A DNA stretch of 64,000 nt, taken from the NCBI GenBank assembly GCA_038087875.1, contig CM075988.1, positions 22,756,001-22,820,000 of the forward strand. Reading direction: 5' to 3'. The translations under genes and the position numbers were made by a program. Shown in pieces: positions 50,397 to 64,000 of the stretch. Numbering within the stretch: position 1 is the first letter of the stretch; each line of letters starts with the position of its first letter. The notes under the pieces are model-generated. The model made no database searches. It was not told the DNA's origin and saw only the letters and a program-made list of their open reading frames with translations. Origin of the DNA: Malacoraja senta. Its lineage: Eukaryota.

Positions 50397-51280
50397 GATG
50401 AGGCTCTCACCAAGGTCTCTTCTATACCTCGTGAGTCTGCTCTCACTCCCCATCCCCCCACTCGTAACAAGGGCGGAATCCCCCTTGTCCTCACCTTCCA
50501 CCCTACCAGCCGTCACAACAAATAATCCTCCAACATTTTCGCCACCTCCTAAGTGATCCCACCACTTGCCACATCTTCCTATCTCCTCCCCTGTCTGCTT
50601 TCTGGAGAGACCGCTCCCTCCGTAACTCCCTTGTCAATTCGTCCTTTCCCACCCGAACCACCCCCTCTCCGGGCACTTTCCCTTGCAACCGCAGGAAATG
50701 CTACACTTGTCGCTTTACCTCCCCCCTTGACTCCATTCAAGCAGTCTTTCCAGGTGCGGCAGAGGTTCACCTGCACCTCCTCCAACCTCATCTATTGCAT
50801 CCGCTGCTCTGGATGTCAGCTGCTCAACATCGGTGAGATCAAGCGTAGGCTTGGCGATTGCTTCGACGAACACCTCCGCTCGGTTCGCAATAACCAACCT
50901 GATCTCCCGATAGCTCAGCACTTCAACTCCCCCTCCCATGCCGAATCCGACCTTTCTGTCCTGGGCCTCCTCCATGGCCAGAGTGAGGACCACCGGAAAT
51001 TGGAGGAGCAGCACCTCATATTTCACTTGGGCAGTTTGCACCCCAGTGGTATGAACATTGACTTCTCTAATTTCAGGTAGTCCCTACTTTCTCCTCCCCT
51101 TCTCAGCTCTCCCTCAGCCCACTGGCTCCACCTCTTCCTTTCTTCTTCCCGTCCCCCCTCCCCCCCCCCCACCCTCACATCAGTCTGAAGAAGGGTCTCG
51201 ACCAGAAACGTTGCCTATTTCCTTCACTCCATAGATGCTGCCTCACCCGCTGAGTTTCTCCAGCATTTTTGTCTACCTTC
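50397..51280 (+). mobile_element. Penelope-like element 3' part: GIY-YIG endonuclease region, UTR and hammerhead-like terminus
   Basis: FTCTSSNLIYCIRC..C....IGE.KR.L...F.EH (GIY-YIG with Cys motif), HFNSPSH and LEEQHLIF..GMN; followed by cagtCTGAAGAagggtctcgaccaGAAACgtt. Confidence 0.9.
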
Positions 51281-51321
51281 ACTTGTATTAAAATGTGTTT
51301 TTACTATTTCCTTCTTGTTGT

Positions 51322-51991
51322 CAAGTCAAGTCAAGTGAGTTTATTGTCATGTGTTCCTGATAGGACAATGAAATTCTTGCTTTGCTTCAGCACACAGAAC
51401 ATAGTAGGCATTTACTACAAAACAGATCAGTGTGTCCATATACCATAATATAAATATATACACACATGAATAAATAAACTGATAAAGTGCAGATAACAGA
51501 TAATGGGTTATTAATAATCAGAGTTTTGTCCGAGCCAGGTTTAATAGCCTGATGGCTGTGGGGAAGTAGCTATTCCTGAACCTGGTTGTTGCAGTCTTCA
51601 GGCTCCTGTACCTTCTACCTGAAGGTAGCAGGGAGATGAGTGTGTGGCCAGGATGGTGTGGGTCTTTGATGATACTGCCAGCCTTTTTGAGGCAGCGACT
51701 GCGATAAATCCCCTCGATGGAAGGAAGGTCAGAGCCGATGATGGACTGGGCAGTGTTTACTACTTTTTGTAGTCTTTTCCTCTCCAGGGCGCTCAAGTTG
51801 CCGAACCAAGCCACGATGCAACCGGTCAGCATGCTCTCTACTGTGCACCTGTAGAAGTTAGAGAGAGTCTTGCTTGACAAACCGACTCTCCGTAATCTTC
51901 TCAGGAAGTAGAGGCGCTGATGAGCTTTCTTGATAATTGCATTAGTGATCTCGGACCAGGAAAGATCTTCAGAGATGTGCACCCCCAGGAA
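51322..51991 (-). mobile_element. Young Rex1/Babar-like LINE 3' fragment, same family as 39861-40977
   Basis: Near-identical protein ([19 protein letters not shown]...LLPSGRRYRS); (ACTTG)n tail; 6-bp TSD TGTTGT at 51316-51321 and 51992-51997. Confidence 0.92.
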
Positions 51992-52428
51992 TGTTGTGGG
52001 CTAGGGATTGCAGTGAAGACCCTAATATGTTGATCTTCCAAACCACAGGCAATGGTCTTTGCAGTAGATGTCAAATGCTACTAGTGTTTTGAATTAAAGT
52101 TGGGAATTCAGTTTCACTTTGCATTCTACCATTCATTGTTGTTCATGTGTAAACTGTTGTCCTGTGTCTCTGTTCCATTTATTCTTGCGCTTTCAGTAAT
52201 TTTTCAAAAACAAGCGAAAGTGCATAATTAACTATATATATTGACTGAAGATTTTAGGCTTATTTCCACATTTAGTCGTGTTAAATGTTTATATTTTATG
52301 GTGTATGAAATCTGCTCTGTGGGTATCAACAAAGTGTCTTTTTAATCAAATTGAATTGCTGTGTTTCTATGCTGTCTTGAAACCAAATCTGTTCAGCTTT
52401 TCTTGACGTCAAAGTTCTGACTCAATAA

Positions 52429-52663
52429 AGGGCCTGTCCCACTGGCCGATTTTTTTCGCCGAATGCCGGCATCATTGACTGATGTATCAGGTCACCGAAA
52501 AATTTGCGGTGTGACGCGGCGTGATGACGTATTGACGCGCGGTGTTTTTTCAAGTGTCGCAACATTTTTTCTGTCGCCGCTGGATTTTGAAATGTTCAAA
52601 ATCTTTTGGCGACACTGATATGACGCCGGCAGTTGCCGAAAAAATAGCCGTGGGACAGGCCCT
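52429..52663. mobile_element. PIF/Harbinger-type MITE
   Basis: TIRs AGGGCCTGTCCCAC / GTGGGACAGGCCCT with extended imperfect palindromy; 3-bp TSD TAA. Confidence 0.88.
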
Positions 52664-53008
52664 TAATCTCTTTGCTACATCTACCTCAAATCTCCATTTT
52701 TTCTTAAGCATGCATGCAAACCTCGGGTATTAAGTGACAGAGCCTGTATAACTGGAATTTCCTCTCTAGGCACTGTTATGCACTGGGGTGCCAACTCGTA
52801 TTGCAGCTAGCTCGGTCTAAATCTCACTTTCCTTGTTAACGTGTTGGAATGTTAAGTTATTTGATTTGAGTATTTTTTAATTGTGAGCAACAAAGGAAAA
52901 CAATCATTTTATTCTATAAATATGAATTGAAGGGGACTACTTTTTAATTTAATTGCTATCTATTTAACCACCATCACCTGCGTGTCTTTTACAAAATTTA
53001 TTATTTAA

Positions 53009-53134
<126 letters not shown>

Positions 53135-53889
53135 TGATTTGTAATGGATGCTATAATCTGGTTGTGCTTAATAGCTGTTTTTATGCTCCCAAGGATTTGT
53201 ATCAAATCAAACGTTGAATTAAATAACTGCTGATTATATTCAACTTTATTATGCATAAAATGAGATCAACAAACGTTTCTTATTAATTAATTATTATGAC
53301 ACAGAAGCCCATCGAGTCTGTGCTGGCACCCTGCAGAGTAATCCCATTAGTTTATTTTATCTCCCTTAGTATTTCCCTGTAGTCCTTCAACTAATTCTCT
53401 TTCACAAGCCCAACAGTTCCCATTTGATTCTTTTACCACTCACCCATACTAACTAATAATTTGCAGTTGGTTAATCTACGAGTACAAACCACAATTACAC
53501 TGTTAATTTTAATGATAGTGCTCTGATGTGACGAGTTAACTTTCCTCTATGTTATTGTATATTTAGTTTGCATTTCTTTACTTATGACCCAACCGGATTA
53601 GTCCCTTGTCAGAGACTTTTGAAGCGAGTACATCTTTGCCTAATCAAATTATCATTTACATATTTTTAGGTCTGTGCCGCACGATATGCCGAAGAAGAGC
53701 CTTTTTAAACATTTTTTATCCAGTACGTCTTATTTTGTGGTAACAATATTTCTTAAACTACGTGGATGACCTGACTTGCACAAAAGTAGTCAAATTTGTG
53801 ATAGCAGAAGTGTAATTGTTGCATTACAAGTTGTTTTCTTTCCGAAGTTAATGTGGGAAGTAAACTTGCATATCAGAGATTGGAATATT

Positions 53890-54148
53890 AGAATTTAGAG
53901 ATACAGCGCGGAAACAGGCCTTTCGGCTCACCGAATCCACGCCGACCAGCAATCACTAGCACTATCCTACACACCAGGGATAATTGACAAATTTTCCCGA
54001 AGCGAATGAACCTACCGGAGCACCCAGAAAAACTCATGCGATCACAGGGAGAACGTGCAAACTCCGTACATACAGCACACATAGTCAGGATCAAACCCAG
54101 GTCTCTGGTGCTCCAAGGCAGCAATTCTACCGCTATGCCACTGTCGCC
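53890..54148 (-). mobile_element. tRNA-derived SINE with internal deletion
   Basis: Homologous to 4825-5125. Confidence 0.8.
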
Positions 54149-54764
54149 TAATTAGTTTGTTATCCTTACCAAGGGAAGATGCCAATATAATTATTGTTGA
54201 CTAGAGATACAAAATATGCATAAATGAAAGACATTAAAGGAAAACGTACTTGAGTTCTTAGTTTTTGACTGTCCTATGTCGCAGATATAGATGCAGTGGT
54301 GATTCTAGTTACTTTTTTGCATGTATGAAGCTCTTGTATTCTAACACAATAAGTGTCTATGCTTCAGACTGTTTAAGAAAATTAGTGGTATTGAATACAG
54401 ATGACTCCCACCAGGAACTGTGAAAACAATCTAGACAACACTGTAACTCCAGGATAGTGTTAGATAGATTGAAAAAACATAGTGTCATGAAGGAGGAATA
54501 TATCAATCCATCCTAAAACCAGATATCAGGGAAAAAAATATTGTAGGGAGTTCACTTGTCCTTGAACTACTGTGACAATCGGATAACATTTCTTTGTTAA
54601 AATTTCTTCCAATTTTAAAGGTACTTTATGAAATGTAATTTTTTTTCATGACTTTAGTAGGAAGAAATTATTTTAGAAAAGTGAGTTTTGCAAATCGTAT
54701 TGACAGTAATATAATTTCAAAAACATTTAATATGCAATAAATTAATTCTTATCTGTCGGTTTTA

Positions 54765-55752
54765 ATGATGGATGAATGAATACTTTATTGTCATTATAAC
54801 ATGTAAACATGTACAACGAAATTAGAAATGCTAACCAGTCAGTGCACCATTCATACATTTTCTAAGAGCAAAAGTCTAAGATAAACAACTAAAATAAATA
54901 ACATGAAAAAAACAAACACATTCTTCTGTCGATTTCACAGTCCCTTTGGTGTGTAGCACACCTGCACACATTTGGTGGCTACATTAAGTGTAGTTATTGC
55001 TGTGGGATAAAAACTGTTTTGAGTCTGTTTGTCCTTGTCCTCATTGATCTGTACCGTCTGCCTGACGGCAGCAGTTCAAACAGGGAGTGACCGGGGTGAA
55101 AAATGTCCTTTATGATCTTCTGGGATTTTTTGAGACAGTGGGAACTGTGTAGGTCCTCCAAGGTGAGGAGAGGGCAGCCGATAATCTTCTGGGCGTTGTC
55201 AATAGCCCTCTGGAGCGCTTTCCTCTTAGCCGCTATGCAGCTGGTGTACCACACGCATACACAGTATGTTAAGATGCTCTCTATTGAGCACCGATAAAAG
55301 GATAGCAGCAGTCTCTGGGTGATGTTGTTCTTCCTGAGCACCCTCAGGAAGTACAGTCTCTGCTGGACCTTTTTCAGCAGCGCAGAGGTGTTCACGCTCC
55401 AAGTCAGGTCCTCCTCAATGTGGATTCCCAGGAAGCGGAAATCCGCCACCCTCTCCACACAGTCCCCATCGATGATTAGTGGTGTAATGTCCGTTTTCTT
55501 CTTTCTGTAGTCTATTATGAGCTCCTTGGTCTTTGAGGTGTTGAGGAGCAGGTTATTTTCTCCACACCACCCTGTCAGCTGCTCCACCTCATCCCTGTAG
55601 GCGTACTCATCCCCCCCAGAGATGAGCCCCACCACCGTGGTGTCATCCGCGAATTTGACGGTGTTACTGTGGTGGGCGGGGGTGCAGTCATATGTGTAGA
55701 TGGTGTAAAGCAGGGGGCTCAGCACGCAGCCCTGTGGAGAGCCGGTACTGGG
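54765..55752 (-). mobile_element. Rex1/Babar-like LINE 3' fragment (different subfamily)
   Basis: ORF 54994-55725: [31 protein letters not shown] and LLPSGRRYRS; (CATT/CATC)n tail. Confidence 0.9.
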
Positions 55753-56689
55753 CTGTTATTTATCTTTCACAATCATTTGATTTTACTGTGTGAATATCCT
55801 GGTTCTAAGATGTTTGCATTTAATCTCATCTTTGATCAGAAGCAGCTAATGCAATAACATTGATACGTTATGTTTTGTGTGATTCTGAGGTACCAAATAT
55901 CTACAGTTCAAAGTTCTTATTCTTTTGCTTCTCATCATTCTACTTAATATTCCTTTCCTGCTTTTGCTAACCCACATCTGAAGGAATAGTTTCACACTTA
56001 AAGGAATTAGTGATCAAGCAGAACTTTTTCCATTCAGCTTTCTATCCTCACTTTAGCTGTTTTGACTTTCTGTAAACAAAGGCTTGTTTCTTGTTCATTT
56101 AAGAATTATTTTGTTGATAGTGAAAATGATTCCACTCTCACAAAATTATGTTATTAGATACATGGATGCATGGTAAATACTCCATCATTCCTTTAGTGGT
56201 ACCTTTACAGTATTTTTTGAAAAAGCCTCACATAGACAAGAATTATGAACATACATTCTGTGGCAATTATTTTGTGCTGTGAATTGTTTCCTTTGAGCTG
56301 GAAGCTTGCATAATGGATAAACCCTGCTATTTAGGGCAGGCAACAAAGCAGGTCTTTATTATTGTGAATAGGATATTACCAAATCTCACATACTATGCAT
56401 GCTATCCCTCACATTTGGCATTACGCCCTCTGACAGGGTAATATCCGTGGTTCTGGTTGGCTTAAAGGAGTTTCAGAAACATTTTAGCATTCTATCCTAC
56501 GTGATCTCTTCGGAGTATAAATCTTTTGATCCTTTGGAGTTGTTTACTCTCTTGATGAATACACCATCATTATCTTAAAAAAATACTTTTCAATTCATTA
56601 TTTTTCTCTTTTGAGATTAACGTCAGCTGACAATGAAGCGAAAATTATATATTTTTGTTATTATTAACCTCATGGGTAAAAGGTCATCC

Positions 56690-59345
56690 ATTATGCCAGT
56701 ACCCAAGAAGAGTCTTTGCCTCAATGACTACTGACCAATTGTACCCGCATCCATTGTGATGATGTGCTTCAAGAGTTTGGTTTTCACACAAATCAACACT
56801 TGCCTCAGTATTCATTTGCCTACCGCCACAACAGATTGACGATTCGCTGGCTTTCACTCTGCACTGGACCACTTGGACATCTGCAATATATATGTCAGGC
56901 TGTTGGTCATGTACAGCATTCAACACCATCATCACTTCTAAAGTCATCATCGGAATCAGGGAACTGGGTACACATTAGTACACATTGGAAACATCACCTT
57001 TTTGCTGACCATCAACGCAGGGGCACCTCAGGGCTATGTGCTCAGCTCATTGCTCTACTCCCTCTCTATACCCATAACTGTAGCCAGAACCAGCTCCAAT
57101 GCCATCTTTAATTTTGTCAATGATACCATTGTCATTGGATGAATAATTGGTAACAACAAATCAGAGTACCGAAGCGAAATCAACAATCTGGTTAACTGGT
57201 GCCAGAACAACAATCTTGCTCTCAATGTTAGCAAGACAAAGGAATTAATGCTTACTTCAGAAAGGGAAAGATGTCTTCATTGCAAGGACAGTGATGGAGA
57301 ATGTCAAAGGCTTCAAGTTCCTAAAACCATATAACCATATAACCATAACAGCACGGAAACAGGCCATCTCGGCCCTTCAAGTCCGTGCCGAACATTTTTT
57401 TAATTTTTTTTTTTAAATTAAAAATAAATACTTCCCCCTAGTCCCATCTACCTGCACTCAGACCATAACACTCCATTCCTTTCCCGTCCATATACCCATC
57501 CAATCTATTTTTAAAGGATAACATCGAACCTGCCTCCACCACTTCCACTGGAAGCTCATTCCACACAGCTACCACTCTCTGAGTAAAGAAGTTCCCCCTA
57601 ATGTTCCCCCTAAACTTCTGTCCCTTAATTCTCAAGTCATGTCCCCTTGTTTGAATCTTCCCTACTCTCAATGGGAAAAGCTTATCTACGTCCACTCTGT
57701 CTAACCCGCTCATAATTTTAAAGACCTCTATCAAGTCCCCTCTTAACCTTCTGCGCTCCAAAGAATAAAGACCTAACTTGTTCAACCTTTCTCTGTAACT
57801 TAGTTGCTGAAATCCAGGCAACATTCTAGTAAATCTCCTCTGTACTCTCTCTATTTTGTTGACATCCTTCCTATAATTAGGCGACCAAAATTGTACTCCA
57901 TACTCCAGAATTGGCCTCACCAATGCCTTGTACAATTTTAACATTACATCCCAACTTCTATATTCAATGCTCTGATTTATTAAGGCCAACACACCAAAAG
58001 CTTTCTTTACCACCCTATCTACATGAGATTCCACCTTCAGGGAACTATGCACAGTTATTCCTAGATCCCTCTGTTCAACTGCATTCCTCAATTCGCTACC
58101 ATTTACCGTGTACGTCCTATTTTGATTTGTCCTGCCGAGATGTAGCACCTCACATTTGTCAGAATTAAACTCCATCTGCCATCTTTCAGCCCACTCTTCC
58201 AAATGGCCTAAATCTCTCTGTAGACTTTGTAAATCTACTTCATTATCCACAACACCACCTATCTTAGTATCATCTGCATACTTACTAATCCAATTTTCCA
58301 CACCATCATCCAGATCATTGATGTACATGACAAACAACAGTGGACCCAACACAGACCCCTGAGGCACCCCACTAGTCACCGGCCTCCAACCTGACAAACA
58401 GCCATCCACCATTACTCTCTGGCATCTCCCATTCAGCCACTGTTGAATCCATCTTGCTACTCCACCATTAATACCCAACAGTTGAATCTTCTTAACCAAC
58501 CTTCCATGAGGAACCTTGTCAAAGGCCTTACTGAAGTCCATATAGACAACATCCACTGCTTTACCCTCATCAATTTCCCTAGTAACCTCTTCGAAAAATT
58601 CAAGAAGATTAGTCAAGCATGACCTTCCAGGCACAAATCCATGTTGACTGTTCCTAATCAGACCCTGCTTATCCAGATGCTTATATATATTATCTTTAAG
58701 TATCCTTTCCATTAATTTGCCCACCACTGACGTCAAACTAACAGGTCTATAATTGCTAGGTTTACTCTTCGAACCCTTTTTAAACAACGGAACAACATGC
58801 GCAGTACGCCAATCCTCCGGCACTATTCCCGTTTCTAATGACATTTGAAATATTTCTGTCATAGCCTCTGCTATTTCTACACTAAAGTACTCAACTCCAA
58901 AGATCTGATATTGATGCAATGACAAGAAAGCTCACAAATGCTTCTACATCCTCAAGTAGATAACTAATGTCATTAAAGACATGCCACCCTGCCCGTGCTC
59001 TCTTCTTGTACCTACCATCCAGAAGAAGATGCAGGAGCCTGAGCACTGTTAACTGCAAAAATAGCTTTTCATCAACCGTCAGGTTTTTGAAAAACTCTGT
59101 ACAATGCTAACCACAGCCCTACCTCAACCACCGCTAGTCTGGTGAACTACTACAGACTTTGCATTACTATGATTGCTCTACATACTTTAGTTTTTGCACT
59201 GATGTGGCCTACTTTACTTGGAATAATTAATAGCGTATTGTTTGTTTATTGTTTTGTTGTGGCGTTTAATGAGCCTGCAAAGCTGCAGCAAATGAGAACT
59301 ACTTTGTTCCGGTTCATGTGCATGGGATAAATAAACATTCTTGAC
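56690..59345 (+). mobile_element. Old Rex1/Babar-like LINE remnant interrupted by a CR1 (57326-58881)
   Basis: gggcacctcagggctatgtgctcagc resembles GAPQG.VLS; ttcaagttcct (FKFL) is cut by the insertion and resumes at aagaaagctcacaaatgc (KKAHQ-like). Confidence 0.7.
57326..58881 (-). mobile_element. Young 5'-truncated CR1-like LINE with an uninterrupted RT-domain frame
   Basis: ORF 57438-58925: YRPVSLTS, SQHGF, DFSKAFDKV, SGVPQGSVLGP and KYADD; tail (ATATGGTT)n; possible CTAAA TSD at 57321-57325 and 58882-58886. Confidence 0.93.
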
Positions 59346-59514
59346 TCATCTATTGAAGTTCCTGGCTTTCCTACATTGCTAGCTTCATTAAAAAAAACTG
59401 TCTCCTCACATTTTAATAAAATGGAATGGGAAAGATGTTCGCCCTTAGCCTCAAGTATTGTATATTACAACGTTATCATATGGCTGCGAAACTTTTCTTT
59501 TTTAATTTGGCTTC

Positions 59515-59805
59515 ATTGAATTCAAGAGGGGAAGTTTATGGCAAGACCTTTAACAGCATTGACATACAGAGGGATCTTGGGGTCCGAGTCCGTAGTTCCC
59601 TGAAAGTGGTAACACAGATAGATAGAGTGGTAAAGAAGGTGCATGGTATATTTGACATCATCAGTCGGGGTATTGAGCATAAGAGTCAGGAAGTCATGTT
59701 GCAGCAGAGAGTGGTAGGTGTCTGGAACATGCTGCCTGGGGTGGTGGTAGACGTGGATATGATGGTGGCATTTACGAGGCTTTTGAATAAGTACATGGTG
59801 GGAAT
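59515..59805 (+). mobile_element. CR1-like fragment with internal deletion
   Basis: QRDLGVRVRSSLKV...QRVVGVWN.LP in ORF 59426-59839. Confidence 0.75.
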
Positions 59806-60139
59806 GGACTGTCGATTTGGACGTCTGCTTGCGTCTTGAGTCTAGTTTGTAGCACTCAATAATTGCAAATGGACTACCTGTCAAAAACATCGAGTTCAAT
59901 TGCATTAAACATGCTGGGTCTAATGGGTGAACTCTATGCTTCTCATTGATCATTTGTGCTCAGAAAGGGGCATGTGACTAGCCCTGTTGTAAATTGATGT
60001 GTAATGCTGGGCTCTCATGATTAACAGGGAACATTGGTGACATTCCTTTGTTGCAACATCAGGACTTAACTGAGAAATGTTACTAAGATTTTCATACCTA
60101 TACCTTTTATACCTCTAGTTTCTGTCTCCTCTGACTCTG

Positions 60140-60212
60140 ACTGAAGAAGGGTCTTGACCCGAAACGTCACCTATTCCTTTTCTTGAGAGATGCTGCCTTA
60201 CCCACTGAGTCT
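60140..60212 (+). mobile_element. PLE terminal fragment with hammerhead-like core
   Basis: CTGAAGAagggtcttgacccGAAACGTCacc. Confidence 0.75.
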
Positions 60213-62006
60213 AACTAAGATTTTCTACGTCAGTTACCTGGGAGGAAGCATACACCTTTTGACCAAGCTCAATTCCTTCTGCAACTGTCCCTTCTGCCTT
60301 ACCCTTCTCTGACTAGGAGACTGAGCTACAGACCTCTGTCTCTTTCCTAGTTCTCACTCTTTCAGACACTTCTTGTCACTCAGCAATCCAGGTATTCTAA
60401 AAACATCTAGGCAGAGTCTGTATTGCTGAAAAGGATCGCGACAATTGTTGCAAATGACAGGACTGAGGGACTGGCAAATGGAGCAATGATATTTTAAGAG
60501 CAATCAAATTACTAAATGGAGGCACAACATTCTCCTGCAACCAGCCTTTGTCATAATGGTAAGAGAATATTTACACACATGAAATATGAAAACTTTTTTG
60601 AGGCAATTTTAGTTGGTGTGTACCACACAGGCTCATGGGCTTCGTGCATTTCAGTGCATTTCAAAGGGTGGGGGGGGGGGGGGGGTGGTCAATGAGATAC
60701 CTTGTTCTGCAAATTAACAGCAAAGATGACACAATTTGGATTACAATATTTGTATAGTAACTTTTAAACACTCATCCGGTCCTCTCCTGATGTTGCTGTG
60801 GCATCGCTCATAAATAACGGAGCACCATAGCACACAGGTATTTAACAGCAAAGGACAGCTATTAAGAAACGTTCTTTGTGTAATGAAGATGTTATTATTG
60901 CAACAGAAATTGAGCCTGGCATCTTTAAAAAATAAAAGTTATTTTGGAAGTGGGTTCCTTTTGAGTTGAATTACCATTATTTAATAAAATGTTTGTCACT
61001 ATCAAAATATTGAATAATTCACCAAATTCCAATATCTGTGAGCATTTTTAATCAGATTTTTACCCAGACTAAACTAGTTCACCATATGCAGTTGATAATA
61101 ATTGCCTCATTGGCAAGCAACCAATCCTTCCATTTCTTTTTCTCTCTGTTGTCATAAAGTGGTACTTGGGTGTTATATTTAGAGCATTAAAGTTGTTGAA
61201 AACAGTAAACAATTTGGTGGCTCGGAATATTTCTAAAATAAAATTATATCAATTCCTGCCAAAATGGAATAATATTGATTTCAATCCAAAGAGCTAAATT
61301 TTGAAATCCATTTTAATCGGTATTTTTTTTCTTCTTTTCATTAACTGAGTTCATGACTGAGAAATACTATCACATTCAGCGTGTTAGCGTGGGCTGCTAA
61401 TTGAATTTCTATGATAACGCCTTGGTAAAAAAAAATCTGAAAATTTGGTTCACAAAGTCTCCAACTTACTTCCCAGATTCTCCGTGCTTCATGCATTTAA
61501 GAATGGAGGCCCTTAGATATGCTCCCAGTGGTGCCTTGCATGCATTCAGATATAACCTCAGGCTTTGAATGTGGAAAGTGCTAGGTTACTCGCACAGAAA
61601 CAGCTTTCACAATGCATTTTTTGGTGTAATTTAAATGTTCTGCCTGAGGAAATTCGAAGCCACTGCCTGAGAACCTCCTCAGATAGAGCCTCGTTAAGCA
61701 TGCTTGTCCATCGTAATAGTTCTTCTTTTGGGCTCCACAAATCCATCATTTCTCGTTCAATCTCACTAGCCCATCCTCGTTTTAAATGCAAGCCTAACCT
61801 GCGCAGTTCCCACTGCACCATTCCCTCGTTCCTGATAATGACCCCTTTGTTTATCCTCAGCAGCCAAAGTAAAACAACTTGGGTCTTGTGACAGAATATT
61901 TTGACTTTTACATTGTATAATAAGGAATAACCTCACAGAAACAGGCCATTTGGGCAATCAGTCCATGTGAGAATTTGAAATCCATTTAAACCCGTTGTCT
62001 TTTCTT

Positions 62007-62245
62007 AGTCAAGTCACATTTATTTATATAGCACATTTAAAAAACAACTCTCGTTGGCCAAAGTGCTTTACATTTGTTATAAGAATAGCATAAACAAAAC
62101 AAACTACATACATATATACATGTAGCCCTCATTCAGAGGATGTCAGGAAAGGCTTGGGAGTATAGATAAGTTTTTAGTCTTGACTTAAAAGAGTCGATGG
62201 AGGGGGCAGTTCTGATGGGAAAGGGGATGCTGTTCCACAGTCTAG
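62007..62245 (-). mobile_element. L2-like LINE 3' end
   Basis: Minus strand has actgtggaacagcatcccc (LWNS.P) and tttaagtcaagactaaaaact (FKS.LKT), then a gcactttg...aaatgtgctatataaat stem-loop tail. Confidence 0.7.
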
Positions 62246-63369
62246 TCTTAGCAAAATTTGTCAAAGTAACCTATTCCCTTCTCCTTTATATGTCTGTCCA
62301 TGTTTCCTCTAAATGCATCTATCCTATTTGCTTCAATCTCACCCTATGGATCATGTTCTCCATTCTTTCTTTAAGTAGAGATTGTACATTTATTGACTTT
62401 CCACTATAGATGGTCTTTAGTTATGTTCATCCCCACATATAGAAATATTCTCCCTGTATCCACCCTGTGAAAATCTTAATAATTCTAAAGATTTTAGCCC
62501 CATTTTCACAAGAGAAAAGAGACGCAGACTGTTTATTCTTTACTGACATGTATTCCCTTGGTTTTCTGGTATCACCCTTGCAAATCCTGCCTGCACTTTC
62601 TCTAATGCTCACATATAGGTATGATGCCAGCAGTAGTTTTGTATCAAATTAACTGTTTCATGATCGTAAATGCACCCAGTAAGTACATTTGGCTTTGCAT
62701 GAGGCTAAATGATTCTGGAGAATATGTTTTGCTTTTTTTATTTTTAATCGTTGACTTTTTAATTATTCAGAAAACAAGTGCAAGTTTAAAACAGCAAAAT
62801 TCATATTTTACATATTGAAATACTATCCTTCAAGCACATTTTGACCTGTTTGCTACTGGCACGGTATTTTTATTTAGCTCTAAGCTGGAACTATATTCTA
62901 TAATAAGTAATTCCTTGTCTCAAGTTTTGTTAAAAAATAAATAATAAAGGCATAGAAGAAAGATGGAAACTAGCATGGCCATGTTTACAGAGCAGCACGT
63001 GTCACATTCCTTTAGCTCTGCTTAATTGAATGCTGTACAAAGGCCCATCTATAACGGCACACATACAGCACTTTGGCATATACTGCAGAAATTCCACAGT
63101 CACATGGAGGAGAATGCACAGGGTTTTCTGTATTTAGAGCACCATACTTTAAATTTAGAAGATCTCAACGATTCCTATCAGGGATAGAAATGTATCTTTT
63201 GTTGCCGGTGCTAAATGGACATTGTAATAAAATTTGCCTAATATTTGGTTCATTTGAATGAATGAGATTAAATTTTGGGTTTAGCAACCACTGCTATCGT
63301 GCCCATTTAGCACAACTAAGCTAAAGTTAAATTCTATCTCAATTTCGAAGTCATATAGGATGGGATTAG

Positions 63370-63712
63370 AAGATAGACATAAAATGCTGGAGTAACTCAG
63401 CGGGACAGGCAGCATCTCTGGAGAGATGGAATGGGTGACGTTTCAGGTCAAGACACTTCTTCAGATGCAGTTTCCCAAGAGTAATTGCAATCATTGCAGT
63501 TATTGGGTGAATTGTACATAGTGCATTTTCCTGGCTCTGCACATTCTATGGTGTACATTTTCAGGGGCATATTAATAACAAAAGAGAAAAATAATACTGC
63601 TGTTCTGAAGGGAATGAGGGTAGACACAAATGCTGGAGAAACTCAGCAAGCGAGGCAGCATCTATGGAGAGAAGGAATTGGTGATGTTTCGGGTCGAGAC
63701 CCTTCTACAGAT
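63370..63712 (-). mobile_element. Two PLE terminal fragments (63370-63465 and 63618-63712)
   Basis: The pattern tagac..aaatgctggag.aactcagc...gcagcatct...gtttc.ggtc.agac.cttc occurs twice. Confidence 0.75.
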
Positions 63713-64000
63713 TATTATATTAGTTGAAGTGAAAACATTACATAAATTGCCAGAAATCTGTTGTATGCCTTTAGTTTGTCAGTTTTTAAGTAGTAACACA
63801 AAAGAGTTGGATAATTTTGCAAATAATTTCCCCAATGTGGACCAGCATTCATAAAAATTGCATGTTGGAGTATGTTATCCAATCCCAACCAAGGTTATGA
63901 GAGCGTAGAATGTCTTTAATGATAGTATCATGGAATTATGTCTAAACTATTACAAAAGTGTGTTCCAGGCTTTGCACCCGCTCTCCGTGAATTAAATAAA

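Overview
This is eukaryotic, AT-rich, transposon-dense intronic DNA. The repeat families suggest a cartilaginous fish such as a skate or ray (inference from the SINE, CR1 and Penelope motifs). The only host coding sequence I can support is two small + strand exons of a salt-inducible kinase, SIK3 (43434-43550 and 53054-53117). The window therefore covers most of a very large upstream intron, a 9.5-kb intron and the start of the next intron. Everything else recognisable is mobile DNA: an internally deleted Ty3/gypsy chromovirus (sushi/Tf1-type) with two LTRs and a 5-bp target-site duplication (TSD); many CR1, Rex1/Babar, L1, L2, RTE and HERO-like LINE fragments; Penelope-like (PLE) fragments with hammerhead-ribozyme-like cores; tRNA-derived SINEs; and hAT, Harbinger and Tigger-like non-autonomous DNA elements. 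There is no prokaryotic system, CRISPR array or rRNA/tRNA gene. The most interesting signals are: (1) a Tf1-style self-priming signature in the LTR element; (2) three palindromic PLE-terminus mini-elements, each with its own 12-16 bp TSD; (3) a CAGGGCTC-ended DNA element with an apparent 5-bp TSD and a 260-bp internal hairpin; (4) an A-X-A templated-insertion structure; and (5) a kink-turn-like fold in a HERO-like 3' UTR. Family names come from motif recognition by eye, not database searches, and the boundaries of old fragments are approximate.
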